From NCBI GenBank assembly GCA_028275885.1, contig JAPWTW010000002.1, positions 53,256-85,255 of the forward strand: a stretch of DNA of 32,000 nt. The letters are read 5' to 3'. The notes under the pieces are model-generated. The model was not told the origin of the DNA, did not search any database, and saw nothing but the letters and a program-made list of their open reading frames with translations. Origin of the DNA: Candidatus Nanopusillus sp. (GTDB taxonomy: Archaea; Nanobdellota; Nanobdellia; Nanobdellales; Nanobdellaceae). The position numbers were made by a program, and so were the translations under genes. Below, piece after piece: positions 23,282 to 31,951 of the stretch. Each line of letters begins with the position of its first letter. Position 1 is the first letter of the stretch.

Positions 23282-24367
23282 ATGGCAGAGGTTAATAGTA
23301 AAATGGAAGATGAAATAATAGGAGTATCGCCAGGGGAGGAGTTTAAATTGTTGCCAACAATAAAAATAATAGGCGTAGGTGGGGCTGGATGTAATATGGC
23401 AGATTGGTTATATAGAATGAATATAAAAGGTGCAGAAGTAATTGCAGCAAATACAGATTATGCTCATTTAAAGATAGTTAGAGCTCATAAAAAAGTTCTA
23501 TTGGGTAAAGAAGTTACAAGAGGATTGGGTGCTGGAGGATTACCATCAAAAGGAATGGAGGCTGTTAGATCTTCTCAATCAGATATAAGGAAGTTATTAG
23601 AGGGTGCAGATATGGTTTGGATATTATTAGGTTTGGGAGGGGGAACTGGAACAGGAGGAGCACCAGTTGTTGCACAAATAGCAAAAGAAGTTGGAGTACC
23701 ACTTGTAGTAGCAGTTGCAACATTACCTTTCTATAATGAAGGTGTAGTAAGAAGAGAAAAAGCAGAAGAAGGTCTAGCACAATTAAGAAAATATGCAGAC
23801 AATGTTATATTAATTGATAACAACAAAATATTACAATATGCTGGTAATTTGCCATTTACACAAGCATTTGGATATGCAAACAATTTAATAGGACAAATGA
23901 TAAAAGGTTTGGTAGAGACATTTGATAAAGCTTCTTATATTAACTTAGATTTCGCAGATGTAAAAACAGTATTAGGTGTAGGTGGAGCTTCAATAGTAGG
24001 TATTGGAATTGCAGATGATGAAAAAAGAGCAGTAACTGCAGCAAAAAGAGCATTAGAATTACCATTATTAGATGTTGATTACAATGGTGCATCTGGTGCA
24101 TTGGTACATGTTGAAGGCGGATCAGATATGACATTGAATGAAATAAATGAAGCAATGGAATATATAAAGCAACATCTTGGAGAAGATGCATTAACAATAA
24201 TGGGTGCAAGACAATCTGAAGAAATGAAAGGAAAGATAAAGGTTACAGTAATTATATCTGGAGTTAAGAGTCCATATATATTAGGAAGATGGAAGGAAGA
24301 ATGGGAATCTGGAGAATTAACAAAAGTAAAGAAAGATGTAAATTTAGGTATTGATATACTACAATAG
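23282..24367 (+). CDS. ftsZ: cell division GTPase FtsZ
   Basis: 361 aa. IKIIGVGGAGCNM, GLGGGTGTGGAPVVAQIAKE (tubulin signature) and ANTDYAHL are present. Confidence 0.95.
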   Translation: MAEVNSKMEDEIIGVSPGEEFKLLPTIKIIGVGGAGCNMADWLYRMNIKGAEVIAANTDYAHLKIVRAHKKVLLGKEVTRGLGAGGLPSKGMEAVRSSQSDIRKLLEGADMVWILLGLGGGTGTGGAPVVAQIAKEVGVPLVVAVATLPFYNEGVVRREKAEEGLAQLRKYADNVILIDNNKILQYAGNLPFTQAFGYANNLIGQMIKGLVETFDKASYINLDFADVKTVLGVGGASIVGIGIADDEKRAVTAAKRALELPLLDVDYNGASGALVHVEGGSDMTLNEINEAMEYIKQHLGEDALTIMGARQSEEMKGKIKVTVIISGVKSPYILGRWKEEWESGELTKVKKDVNLGIDILQ

Positions 24368-24395
24368 TTTTTTAATTTAATTTTATATATTTTTT

Positions 24396-26090
24396 ATGGA
24401 GTTTTCAAAGCTGGCTGAGGTGTTTAGAAAATTAGAATCTGTTTCTGAAAAAAATCAAAAAACAGAAATATTGGCAAGATTCATTAAAGAAATAGATAAG
24501 GATTCTTTAAAAGAGACATTTATGTTATTACAAGGAATGATTTTTTATCCATGGGAAGATAAAGATATAGGAATAGCTGAGAAATTTACTATTAGAGCTT
24601 TATCTTTGGCTACAGGTTATGATAAAAATTATATTGAAAGTTTATTTGTAAAGACAGGTGATCTTGGAGTAGTTGCAGAAAAATTGGTAAAGGAAAGAAA
24701 ACAAAAATCAATGTTTACAAAAAAATTAACTGTAAAAGATGTATATAATACTTTTAGAACTATAGGAGAATTGGAAGGAGAAGGAACACAAGAAAAGAAG
24801 ATTAAATATTTGGCTAATTTATTTATTTCTGCATTACCAATAGAAGCAAAATATATTGCAAGATTAACGTTAGAGGATTTGAAAATAGGGGTTGGAGAAG
24901 GGATTATAATAGATTCTATAGCTATGGCTTTTGGTCTACCATCAGAAAGTGTAGAAATTGCATATTCAATTTTGAATGATTTTGGCGAGCTGGTAAAACA
25001 AATTCTAGAAAAGGGAAAAGATATTGTATTTAAATTGGAACCAATATTGGGAAATCCAATTAGAGTAATGCTAGCAATAAAGGCGGAGAGTGCTAAAGAT
25101 GCTTTAGATATTGTCGGAAGACCTGCACAGGTTGAATATAAATATGATGGATTTAGGGTTCAAATACATAAAAAAGGTGATCAAATATCTTTATGGACAA
25201 GAAGACTAGAAAATGTAACAAAGCAATTTCCTGATGTAATAGAATATATTAAAGAATGTTTTCCAAAAGATAAAGATTTTTTAGTAGAAGGAGAAATTGT
25301 TGGATATGATAAAGAAAATAAAAAATATTTACCATTTCAGAGAATTTCAAGGAGAATTAGAAGAAAATATGATATAGAAAAGATGGTAAGAGAAATACCT
25401 GTTGTTGTTAGGATTTTTGATATAATTTATTATGATGGAAAATCTTTAATAAATACGCCATTTAAAGAGAGAAGAAAAATATTGGAATCAATAGTAAAAC
25501 AAGATATAAATAAAATATCTTTATCAGAAAGTATAATAACATCTTCAGATGAAGAAGCTCAAAGATTTTTTGAAGAGGCAGTTAATAATGGTTTAGAAGG
25601 TGTTATGTTTAAAAAATTAGATGCACCATATCATCCTGGTAGAAGGGTTGGTTATATGGTTAAATTAAAACCTGTAAAAGAATCTTTGGATGTTATAATA
25701 GTTGGTGCTGAATGGGGGGAGGGAAAGAGAAGTGGATGGTTGACATCTTTTGTAGTTGCTGTTAGAGATGAAAAAACAGGGAAATTATTGGAAGTTGGAG
25801 AAGTTGGAAGTGGATTTAAAGAGAAAAAAGAAAGCCCAGATGATGTAACATTTGAAGAAATGACAGAAATGTTAAAAGATTATATTGAGGAACAAAGTGG
25901 AAAATATGTAAAAGTTAAACCAAAAATTGTAATAGAGGTATTGTATGATGAAATAGAGAAAAGTCCTAAATATTCTTCAGGTTATGCACTAAGGTTTCCT
26001 AGATTCGTTAGGCTAAGACCTGATAAATCTATTGAAGATGTTGATACCATTGATAGGTTGGTAGAACTATATAAAAGCCAAAAAAAGTAA
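24396..26090 (+). CDS. lig: ATP-dependent DNA ligase
   Basis: 564 aa. The adenylation motif is VEYKYDGFRVQIHK (KxDG). EGEIVG, EGVMFKKLDAPYHPGRR, KLKP and the C-terminal OB domain (LRFPRFVRLRPDK) are present. Confidence 0.93.
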   Translation: MEFSKLAEVFRKLESVSEKNQKTEILARFIKEIDKDSLKETFMLLQGMIFYPWEDKDIGIAEKFTIRALSLATGYDKNYIESLFVKTGDLGVVAEKLVKERKQKSMFTKKLTVKDVYNTFRTIGELEGEGTQEKKIKYLANLFISALPIEAKYIARLTLEDLKIGVGEGIIIDSIAMAFGLPSESVEIAYSILNDFGELVKQILEKGKDIVFKLEPILGNPIRVMLAIKAESAKDALDIVGRPAQVEYKYDGFRVQIHKKGDQISLWTRRLENVTKQFPDVIEYIKECFPKDKDFLVEGEIVGYDKENKKYLPFQRISRRIRRKYDIEKMVREIPVVVRIFDIIYYDGKSLINTPFKERRKILESIVKQDINKISLSESIITSSDEEAQRFFEEAVNNGLEGVMFKKLDAPYHPGRRVGYMVKLKPVKESLDVIIVGAEWGEGKRSGWLTSFVVAVRDEKTGKLLEVGEVGSGFKEKKESPDDVTFEEMTEMLKDYIEEQSGKYVKVKPKIVIEVLYDEIEKSPKYSSGYALRFPRFVRLRPDKSIEDVDTIDRLVELYKSQKK

Positions 26091-26124
26091 TTCTATTTTT
26101 AAGCTTTTTATTATATAATAAATT

Positions 26125-26961
26125 ATGGTTATAAGTGAAGAGCTTGTAGAGAAGATAAAGTCGTCTTTTAATTTGAATACTTATGAAGCTAGGATATGGT
26201 TGGCCCTATTAATGAAGGGTGTTGCAACTGCTGGAGAATTGGCAGATATTGCAGATATACCAAGGTCAAGAGCATATGATGTTTTAGAATCATTAGAAAA
26301 GAAAGGATTTGTAATCATGAAACTTGGTAAACCAATAAAATATCTTGCTGTTCCACCTACAGAAGTTGTTGAAAGAGTAAAAAAAAGATATGAAGAAACA
26401 ATGACAAGAAAAATTAATGAATTGGAAAAAGTAAAAACTTCAGATTTAATAAGAGAATTGGATGCATTGCATAAATCTGGTGTTGGATCAATAGATGTTT
26501 CTGAAAAATCTGGTGCAATAAGAGGACAGCAAAATATAATAAGTCATTTAGAATCAATGTTAAAAGAAGCTCAAAAGCATGTAAATATTGTTACAACCCA
26601 ATTAACATTCGTTAGAGATGCAATTGCATTAAAACCAATATTTTATGAATTAAAAGAAAGACAAATACCAGTTAGAATTATAACACCAATAGATGAAGGA
26701 AATGCAAAATATGTCCAAGAATTGATGAGTGTAGTTGAAATATATGATGCTGGAGATTATAGAGGAAGGATTGTTACAATTGATTCTGAAGAAATATTAA
26801 TGATGTTATTTGATGAAAAAGAAGTTCCATCTTCAATGGATGTTGCTGTTTGGTTGTATGCACCAGCATTAGCAAAGTTTATAGATGAAATGATTGAAGT
26901 ACTATTACCAAAATTAAAACCAGCACAACAAAGTTTGGTTGAAAAGAAATTAATAATATAA
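26125..26961 (+). CDS. trmB: TrmB-family transcriptional regulator
   Basis: 278 aa. YEARIWLALLMKGVATAGELADIADIPRSRAYDVLESLEKKGFV is the TrmB N-terminal wHTH. A coiled coil and a C-terminal sensing-like domain follow. Confidence 0.8.
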   Translation: MVISEELVEKIKSSFNLNTYEARIWLALLMKGVATAGELADIADIPRSRAYDVLESLEKKGFVIMKLGKPIKYLAVPPTEVVERVKKRYEETMTRKINELEKVKTSDLIRELDALHKSGVGSIDVSEKSGAIRGQQNIISHLESMLKEAQKHVNIVTTQLTFVRDAIALKPIFYELKERQIPVRIITPIDEGNAKYVQELMSVVEIYDAGDYRGRIVTIDSEEILMMLFDEKEVPSSMDVAVWLYAPALAKFIDEMIEVLLPKLKPAQQSLVEKKLII

Positions 26962-26966
26962 TATAA

Positions 26967-27572
26967 TTATATATTTTCAAATACCTTCTTAAAATAATCT
27001 GTTATACTTTTTATATTTTTAAACAAAGGATAAAATTGTGGTTTATATACTTTATTTCCCCACTTTTCAAAGAATGTTATATCGTATAAATTTGGTCTAA
27101 TAGATTCTTTTGGTTTTTCATTTGGGTATCCCATTGCAATTATAATATGTATATTCTTATCTTTTGGTATTTCTAATAGATTTTTTATACTTTCTTCATC
27201 AAAAGAACCTATCCAACATGTTCCAATATTTTTATCAGTTGCAGCTAATAATATATTTTCTGCTATTGCTGCAGTATCTTGTATTGCAAATATTTGTCCT
27301 TTTTCTCCATATAATGATTTTAATTTATTATCGTCTGATATAATTATTATTAATGTATTTGCATCTTTTATAAAATCTTGGCCTGCAAATTCAGAAATTT
27401 TTCTTATCTTTTCAGGATCTTTTACAATGATAAAATAATAATGTGATATGTTTCCTGCTATAGGTGCCAATATTCCTAAAGATAATATTTCTAATATATC
27501 TTCATATGAAATATCTTCATCTAAATATTTCCTAATACTTCTTCTATTTCTTATGGCATCTCTTAATTCCAC
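26967..27572 (-). CDS. nitroreductase-family flavoprotein
   Basis: 201 aa. AIRNRRSIRKY..D.IS.EDILEIL..G..AP...N and a later TCWIG are the typical nitroreductase fold signature. Confidence 0.8.
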   Translation of the reverse strand: MELRDAIRNRRSIRKYLDEDISYEDILEILSLGILAPIAGNISHYYFIIVKDPEKIRKISEFAGQDFIKDANTLIIIISDDNKLKSLYGEKGQIFAIQDTAAIAENILLAATDKNIGTCWIGSFDEESIKNLLEIPKDKNIHIIIAMGYPNEKPKESIRPNLYDITFFEKWGNKVYKPQFYPLFKNIKSITDYFKKVFENI

Positions 27573-27605
27573 AATATATATTTATTTTTTGCTTTATAAA
27601 AAATT

Positions 27606-27968
27606 TTATTTTTTATATGAAAATGAAGAAACTATTGTGAATAGCAAAAGTAGTGAAAACTCATAATAACTATTTATAATATTTAATAATGATAAAAATA
27701 ATATTGTTGAGATCTGAAATATAATAACAAGATATCTATGATATTTCTTATAATAAGTTAATAGATAACTAAAAACAAATATTATTACATAATAATTGAA
27801 ATAAACAAGAGAAACTAATATTATTAATGAAATAATTTGCATTTTCTTATAATATTTCTCAATATCATCTTCTATATATCTTCTTGTATATGTAGATATT
27901 ATTAGTGCAAATAATAATATTAAAAATATTAATATTTGACTTACTGATGGGATTATGTAATTTTCCAT
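27606..27968 (-). CDS. small integral membrane protein (3-4 predicted TM helices), unknown function
   Basis: 120-aa ORF. Hydrophobic stretches include ILIFLILLFALIIS, IISLIILVSLVYFNYYVIIFVFSYLL and LVIIFQISTILFLSLL. I recognise no family. Confidence 0.5.
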   Translation of the reverse strand: MENYIIPSVSQILIFLILLFALIISTYTRRYIEDDIEKYYKKMQIISLIILVSLVYFNYYVIIFVFSYLLTYYKKYHRYLVIIFQISTILFLSLLNIINSYYEFSLLLLFTIVSSFSYKK

Positions 27969-27982
27969 TTATATTATATTCT

Positions 27983-28867
27983 ATGGACAATAATTATAAT
28001 ACTTTGCTTATAACTGAAAAAGGTTTAGAAAATATTACAATTAAAGAGATAGAAAAAATATTAAATAGAAATATTGATTATAATATGATTGAAAAGAAAA
28101 ACAAAATTTTAATTTATGTAAATTTAGATTTCGAAGAAAGATTGAATTTATTATTTAATTCTAGAACAATAGATAATATATTATATAAGAAAAAAGACAA
28201 ATATGGGTATTTTCTATTAAAAAATCTATATGAAAGAGGTTATCAATTGAAAAAAATTGAAAAAATAAAATCAACATTAGTAAACAAAATTATATATTAT
28301 TCTGATATAAGGGAAAATGAAGAAATATTAAATATAATGGATGATGGTTCTTTTTCTATAGAGCAGGGTATATATATAAAGAATATATCACCAATATTCT
28401 GGAGGAGAAAAGAAATCTTCAAATATATGAATTATCTTGAAAAATACATGAATATAAGGAAAAAAGTTAATATAAAAATATATTGTGTTAATAAAGATAA
28501 AAATAAATTATTATTAATAGAAAGAAATTCTGAAAATGCTTTAGTAAATGATATAATATTTTTTAGAAGGTTGGATATAGAATGGATTGATTTAAAATTT
28601 AAAGAAGGATCAATTGATAAAATATTTACCTTTAGAATAAAGAAAAATTTGGAATTAAATATAAAGGATAAATATATTTTCTATCATTCAAATAAATTAT
28701 TAAAAGATAATGGAAAATTATATCTTTTATTATATAGTTATGATTATAAAAAAATCTTAGATAATATAATAAATTATATTAAAAAGTATTCTTTAGTATA
28801 TACTGATTCATTCTATCTATATAATTATAATAAAAGATTACTTTTAATTGTATTTGAAAAAATTTAA
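27983..28867 (+). CDS. divergent Trm14/RlmL-like (COG0116-type) methyltransferase-fold protein with degenerate SAM and catalytic motifs
   Basis: I prefer the ATG at 27983, since the track start at 27905 overlaps the membrane gene. LLITEKGLENITIKEIEKIL...LFNSRTIDNIL resembles the N-terminal domain of these enzymes. ERGYQ...STLVNKIIYYSD...ILNIMDDGSFSIEQ sits where RGYR...LDPMCGSGT is expected. There is no NPPY-type motif. This is a weak call. Confidence 0.3.
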   Translation: MDNNYNTLLITEKGLENITIKEIEKILNRNIDYNMIEKKNKILIYVNLDFEERLNLLFNSRTIDNILYKKKDKYGYFLLKNLYERGYQLKKIEKIKSTLVNKIIYYSDIRENEEILNIMDDGSFSIEQGIYIKNISPIFWRRKEIFKYMNYLEKYMNIRKKVNIKIYCVNKDKNKLLLIERNSENALVNDIIFFRRLDIEWIDLKFKEGSIDKIFTFRIKKNLELNIKDKYIFYHSNKLLKDNGKLYLLLYSYDYKKILDNIINYIKKYSLVYTDSFYLYNYNKRLLLIVFEKI

Positions 28868-28880
28868 AAATGATTTACCT

Positions 28881-29066
28881 ATGAATTTTATTATGGATAT
28901 AACTGAATTAGAAAAAACAAATGTATTGAAAAATCTAATAGTAAGCGATACAGTAGTAAAATTTGTATGTCCAAATTGTGGTCAGGGAATAATAATAAGG
29001 AGCAATAAAGAAAAGAAGATGGGTCTAGAATGGAAATGTCCAGTTTGTGGTTATACTGGACCATAA
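28881..29066 (+). CDS. Zn-ribbon protein (COG2888-like, commonly linked to aEF-1beta)
   Basis: CPNCGQGIIIRS...x...WKCPVCGYTGP. It sits immediately upstream of, and overlaps, the EF-1beta gene, a conserved archaeal pairing. The start could be 28848, 28881 or 28893. Confidence 0.55.
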   Translation: MNFIMDITELEKTNVLKNLIVSDTVVKFVCPNCGQGIIIRSNKEKKMGLEWKCPVCGYTGP

Positions 29067-29067
29067 A

Positions 29068-29346
29068 ATGGGAAGATATGTAGTTATAACATTAAAAATA
29101 TCTCCAACTGATGTTGATGTAGATTTAGAAAAAATAAATGAAAAGGTAAAAGATATAATAAAAAATTTTGGTGGTCAATATTTGTCCCACGAAATACAAC
29201 CAATAGCATTTGGATTAAATTCCTTAAATGTTAAATTTTTATATCCAGATCAGGAATTTAGAGAAGAAGAATTATTAAATCAAATAAATAGTATAGAAGG
29301 TGTAAGTAGTTCTGAAGTTATTTCTGTATCTCTTGCTCAGTTATAA
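29068..29346 (+). CDS. ef1b: translation elongation factor aEF-1 beta
   Basis: MGRYVVITLKISPTDVDVDLEKI...EIQPIAFGLNSLNVKFLYPDQE...IEGVSSSEVISVS is collinear with archaeal aEF-1beta (about 90 aa). Confidence 0.9.
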   Translation: MGRYVVITLKISPTDVDVDLEKINEKVKDIIKNFGGQYLSHEIQPIAFGLNSLNVKFLYPDQEFREEELLNQINSIEGVSSSEVISVSLAQL

Positions 29347-31250
29347 TGTATATTTTTAAAGAATTTTCAGAAATAAATATAAAAGAATTAAAAAAAGAAA
29401 TAGAAAATGAAAGACAATTAATTAAGGATATAAAAGCTGGAAAAATATATAGGGAACAAAAAGAATTAATGAAGGTTGTTTTATTTATTGTAGAGTCACC
29501 AAATAAAGTAAAAACAATTTCCTCATTTTTTGGAAGACCATCAATAAGAAATGTTGGAGGATTAAAGGTTTATGAAGTTTCTTTAGGAAATATTTATTTA
29601 CTAATTACAGCATCAAAAGGTCATATTTTAGAATTAACAACAGATAATATTGGTCTATTTGGTATAGAAAGAAAAGATGGTGTATTTTATCCGTATTATA
29701 ATACAATTAAAAAATGTTTATCTTGTGGAAATCAATTTACTGAATATAAAGATGGAAAATGTCCATATTGTGGTTCTACAAATGTTGAAGATTCAATAAA
29801 TAGGATAAGAGCTCTGCAGGAATTGGCTATGGAAGTTGACCAGATTATAATTGGAACAGATCCGGATACAGAAGGTGAGATGATTGCATATTCTTTATAT
29901 TTAGTATTATATCCATTTAATAGAAATATTAAAAGAGCGGAATTTCATGAAGTTACAAAAACAGCAATATTAAATGCTTTAGAAAATTTAAGAGATATTG
30001 ATTTAAATTTAGTAAAATCCCAAGTTGTTAGAAGAATTGAAGATAGGTGGTTAGGATTTAGTCTATCTCAAATTGTTCAAAAATATTTTAATAAAAATTG
30101 GTTATCTGCTGGGAGAGTGCAAACTCCAGTTCTTGGTTGGATAATTAATAGATTTAATGAAAGGAATAAATCTAAATCATATATTTTAGAATTAAAATTG
30201 GAGAATGATAGAAAATTATATATAGATACTGAAATAAAGAATAGAAGAGAGATAAATAAAATTATAAAGAATATAAAAGATAAAGAAATAAATATAGTTG
30301 ATTATAAAGAAGAAAAAGAAGAAATACAACCTTTACCTCCATATATTACTAGTACAATTTTACAAGATGCAAATAATATATTAAAAATTGGTGTAGATAG
30401 AATAATGCAAATATTACAAGAATTGTTTGAATCTGCATTAATAACTTATCATAGAACAGATTCCACAAGAATATCTCCTTTAGGTATATCAATTGCAAAA
30501 GATTATATAAGTCAAAAATTTGGAGAAAATTATTTTGTAGCAAGATCATGGGGAGAAGGGGGGGCACATGAAGCAATTAGACCTACAAGACCTTTAGATG
30601 TAGATATGTTAAGAAATTCTATAGAAAATGGAGAAATTGAAGTATATATTAATATGACAAAATATCATTATATAATTTATGATTTAATATTTACTAGGTT
30701 TATTCAATCGCAAATGAAACCTGTTTCTGTAATTAAATATATAGAAAAGATAAAAATACCAGAAATAAATAAGGAAATTGAATTAAGTGGGGTAAAAGAT
30801 GTGATAGATCATGGATGGGATTTAATATTTCCATTTAGAATTAATATTATGAAAATACAACCAATACAGAATGGAATAAAAATTGTTGAAGCTATAGGTA
30901 AAAAAGTACCAAAGGTTAGATTGTATTCTCAGGCAGATATCATTAATTTAATGAAAGAAAGAAAGATAGGTAGGCCGTCAACATATGCAATAATAGTAAA
31001 GAAAGTAATGGAGAGGGGCTATGTAATAAATAAAAGCAATAATCTAATTCCAACAAAATTGGGAATAGATGTATATAATTTTTTAGAAAAAAATTTTGGA
31101 GACTTTGTTTCTGAGAAAAGAACAAGAGATTTAGAAGAAATTATGGATAAAATTTCTGAAAATAAGGAAGATTATAGAAAAGTGCTTGAAAGTATATATG
31201 ATGAGACAAATCTGATAATTGAAAAAGGAAAAAATATACAAAAAGAATAA
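29346..31250 (+). CDS. rgy: reverse gyrase, topoisomerase (type IA) half only (split reverse gyrase subunit)
   Basis: 634 aa. VVLFIVESPNKVKTISSFFGRPS...ITASKGHILEL is the start of the reverse-gyrase Toprim region. An inserted Zn ribbon is present (CLSCGNQF...CPYCGS). GTDPDTEGE, the active-site region LITYHRTDSTRIS and GRPSTYA follow. No helicase-like domain lies upstream; the preceding gene is ef1b, with a TAATG overlap. Confidence 0.8.
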   Translation: MYIFKEFSEINIKELKKEIENERQLIKDIKAGKIYREQKELMKVVLFIVESPNKVKTISSFFGRPSIRNVGGLKVYEVSLGNIYLLITASKGHILELTTDNIGLFGIERKDGVFYPYYNTIKKCLSCGNQFTEYKDGKCPYCGSTNVEDSINRIRALQELAMEVDQIIIGTDPDTEGEMIAYSLYLVLYPFNRNIKRAEFHEVTKTAILNALENLRDIDLNLVKSQVVRRIEDRWLGFSLSQIVQKYFNKNWLSAGRVQTPVLGWIINRFNERNKSKSYILELKLENDRKLYIDTEIKNRREINKIIKNIKDKEINIVDYKEEKEEIQPLPPYITSTILQDANNILKIGVDRIMQILQELFESALITYHRTDSTRISPLGISIAKDYISQKFGENYFVARSWGEGGAHEAIRPTRPLDVDMLRNSIENGEIEVYINMTKYHYIIYDLIFTRFIQSQMKPVSVIKYIEKIKIPEINKEIELSGVKDVIDHGWDLIFPFRINIMKIQPIQNGIKIVEAIGKKVPKVRLYSQADIINLMKERKIGRPSTYAIIVKKVMERGYVINKSNNLIPTKLGIDVYNFLEKNFGDFVSEKRTRDLEEIMDKISENKEDYRKVLESIYDETNLIIEKGKNIQKE

Positions 31251-31281
31251 ACTTATATATAAGTTATTTTAATATTAATTA

Positions 31282-31509
31282 ATGGCTGTTAGGGGGATAA
31301 AAGTTGGAGATGTATATGAAGTAGAGATAAAGAGTTTGACACAAAGGGGAGATGGATTTGCTAGGATAAAAGGGGTTGCGACTTTTGTAAAGAATGTAAA
31401 TGTTGGTTGGAAAGGTAATGTAAAAGTTATTAAAGTTGGTCCTACTTATGTAATTGCTGAACCTACTACAACTGGAGAATCTAAAGACTCAGACCATAGT
31501 AATTTTTAA
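31282..31509 (+). CDS. stand-alone TRAM-domain protein
   Basis: 75 aa. VGDVYEVEIKSLTQRGDGFARIKGVATFVKNVNVGWKGNVKVIKVGPTYVIAE is the TRAM/OB pattern of the small archaeal COG3269 proteins. Confidence 0.8.
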   Translation: MAVRGIKVGDVYEVEIKSLTQRGDGFARIKGVATFVKNVNVGWKGNVKVIKVGPTYVIAEPTTTGESKDSDHSNF

Positions 31510-31547
31510 AGATTTATAAAATGTTTTTTAAAATATTTTTTATCTAA

Positions 31548-31565
31548 ATGATGATATCATGATGA
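31548..31565 (+). promoter_or_regulatory. tandem C-box-like ATGATGA-TATC-ATGATGA element covering the L7Ae start codon (possible K-loop / L7Ae autoregulatory site)
   Basis: Read directly: ATGATGA at 31548-31554, TATC, then ATGATGA at 31559-31565. The second box contains the two candidate start codons of rpl7ae. Confidence 0.35.
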
Positions 31566-31951
31566 CAGCTCCATATGTAAAATGGCCTGAGGATGTATTG
31601 AATACATTTATACAAAATTATGAAGCAAAAGTATATGAATTATTTGAAAGAGCAAAGCAAAGTGGGAAAATTAGAAAGGGGGTAAATGAAACTACAAAGG
31701 CAATAGATAGAGGACAGGCAAAACTGGTAGCAATTGCGTTAGATGTAGATCCTCCAGAAATAGTAATGCATATACCAGCATTATGCGAAGAAAAAGGGGT
31801 AACTTATGTATATGTTTCTTCTAAACAAAAATTGGGACAATCTTGTGGTATAAATACACAGGCATCAACGGCTGCAATAATAGAACCTGGTGAAGGAAAG
31901 CAAATTATGGATGAAATAGTAAAGGCACTTAATACGTTGCTAAAGAAATAA
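31559..31951 (+). CDS. rpl7ae: 50S ribosomal protein L7Ae (eL8), K-turn binding protein
   Basis: 130 aa. KIRKGVNETTKAIDRGQAKLVAIALDVDPPEIVMHIPALCEEKGVTYVYVSSKQKLG is near-consensus archaeal L7Ae. Confidence 0.93.
   Translation: MMTAPYVKWPEDVLNTFIQNYEAKVYELFERAKQSGKIRKGVNETTKAIDRGQAKLVAIALDVDPPEIVMHIPALCEEKGVTYVYVSSKQKLGQSCGINTQASTAAIIEPGEGKQIMDEIVKALNTLLKK

Noticed and set aside
367-31125. Many 60-112-aa ORFs in the supplied track lie antisense to or inside the genes called above. Examples are 367-657, 1240-1449, 3041-3274, 5103-5312, 5598-5780, 6057-6353, 7080-7295, 7537-7725, 11239-11430, 12307-12501, 13653-13937, 15166-15393, 16169-16432, 19173-19379, 19373-19564, 20033-20242, 20214-20417, 21613-21951, 23565-23780, 23940-24209, 27448-27666, 30349-30576 and 30943-31125.
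   Set aside because: Each is fully overlapped by a longer ORF with a clear family signature or strong operon context. Their translations are low-complexity L/F/I/Y strings typical of the antisense of K/E/N-rich genes, and none shows a recognisable motif.
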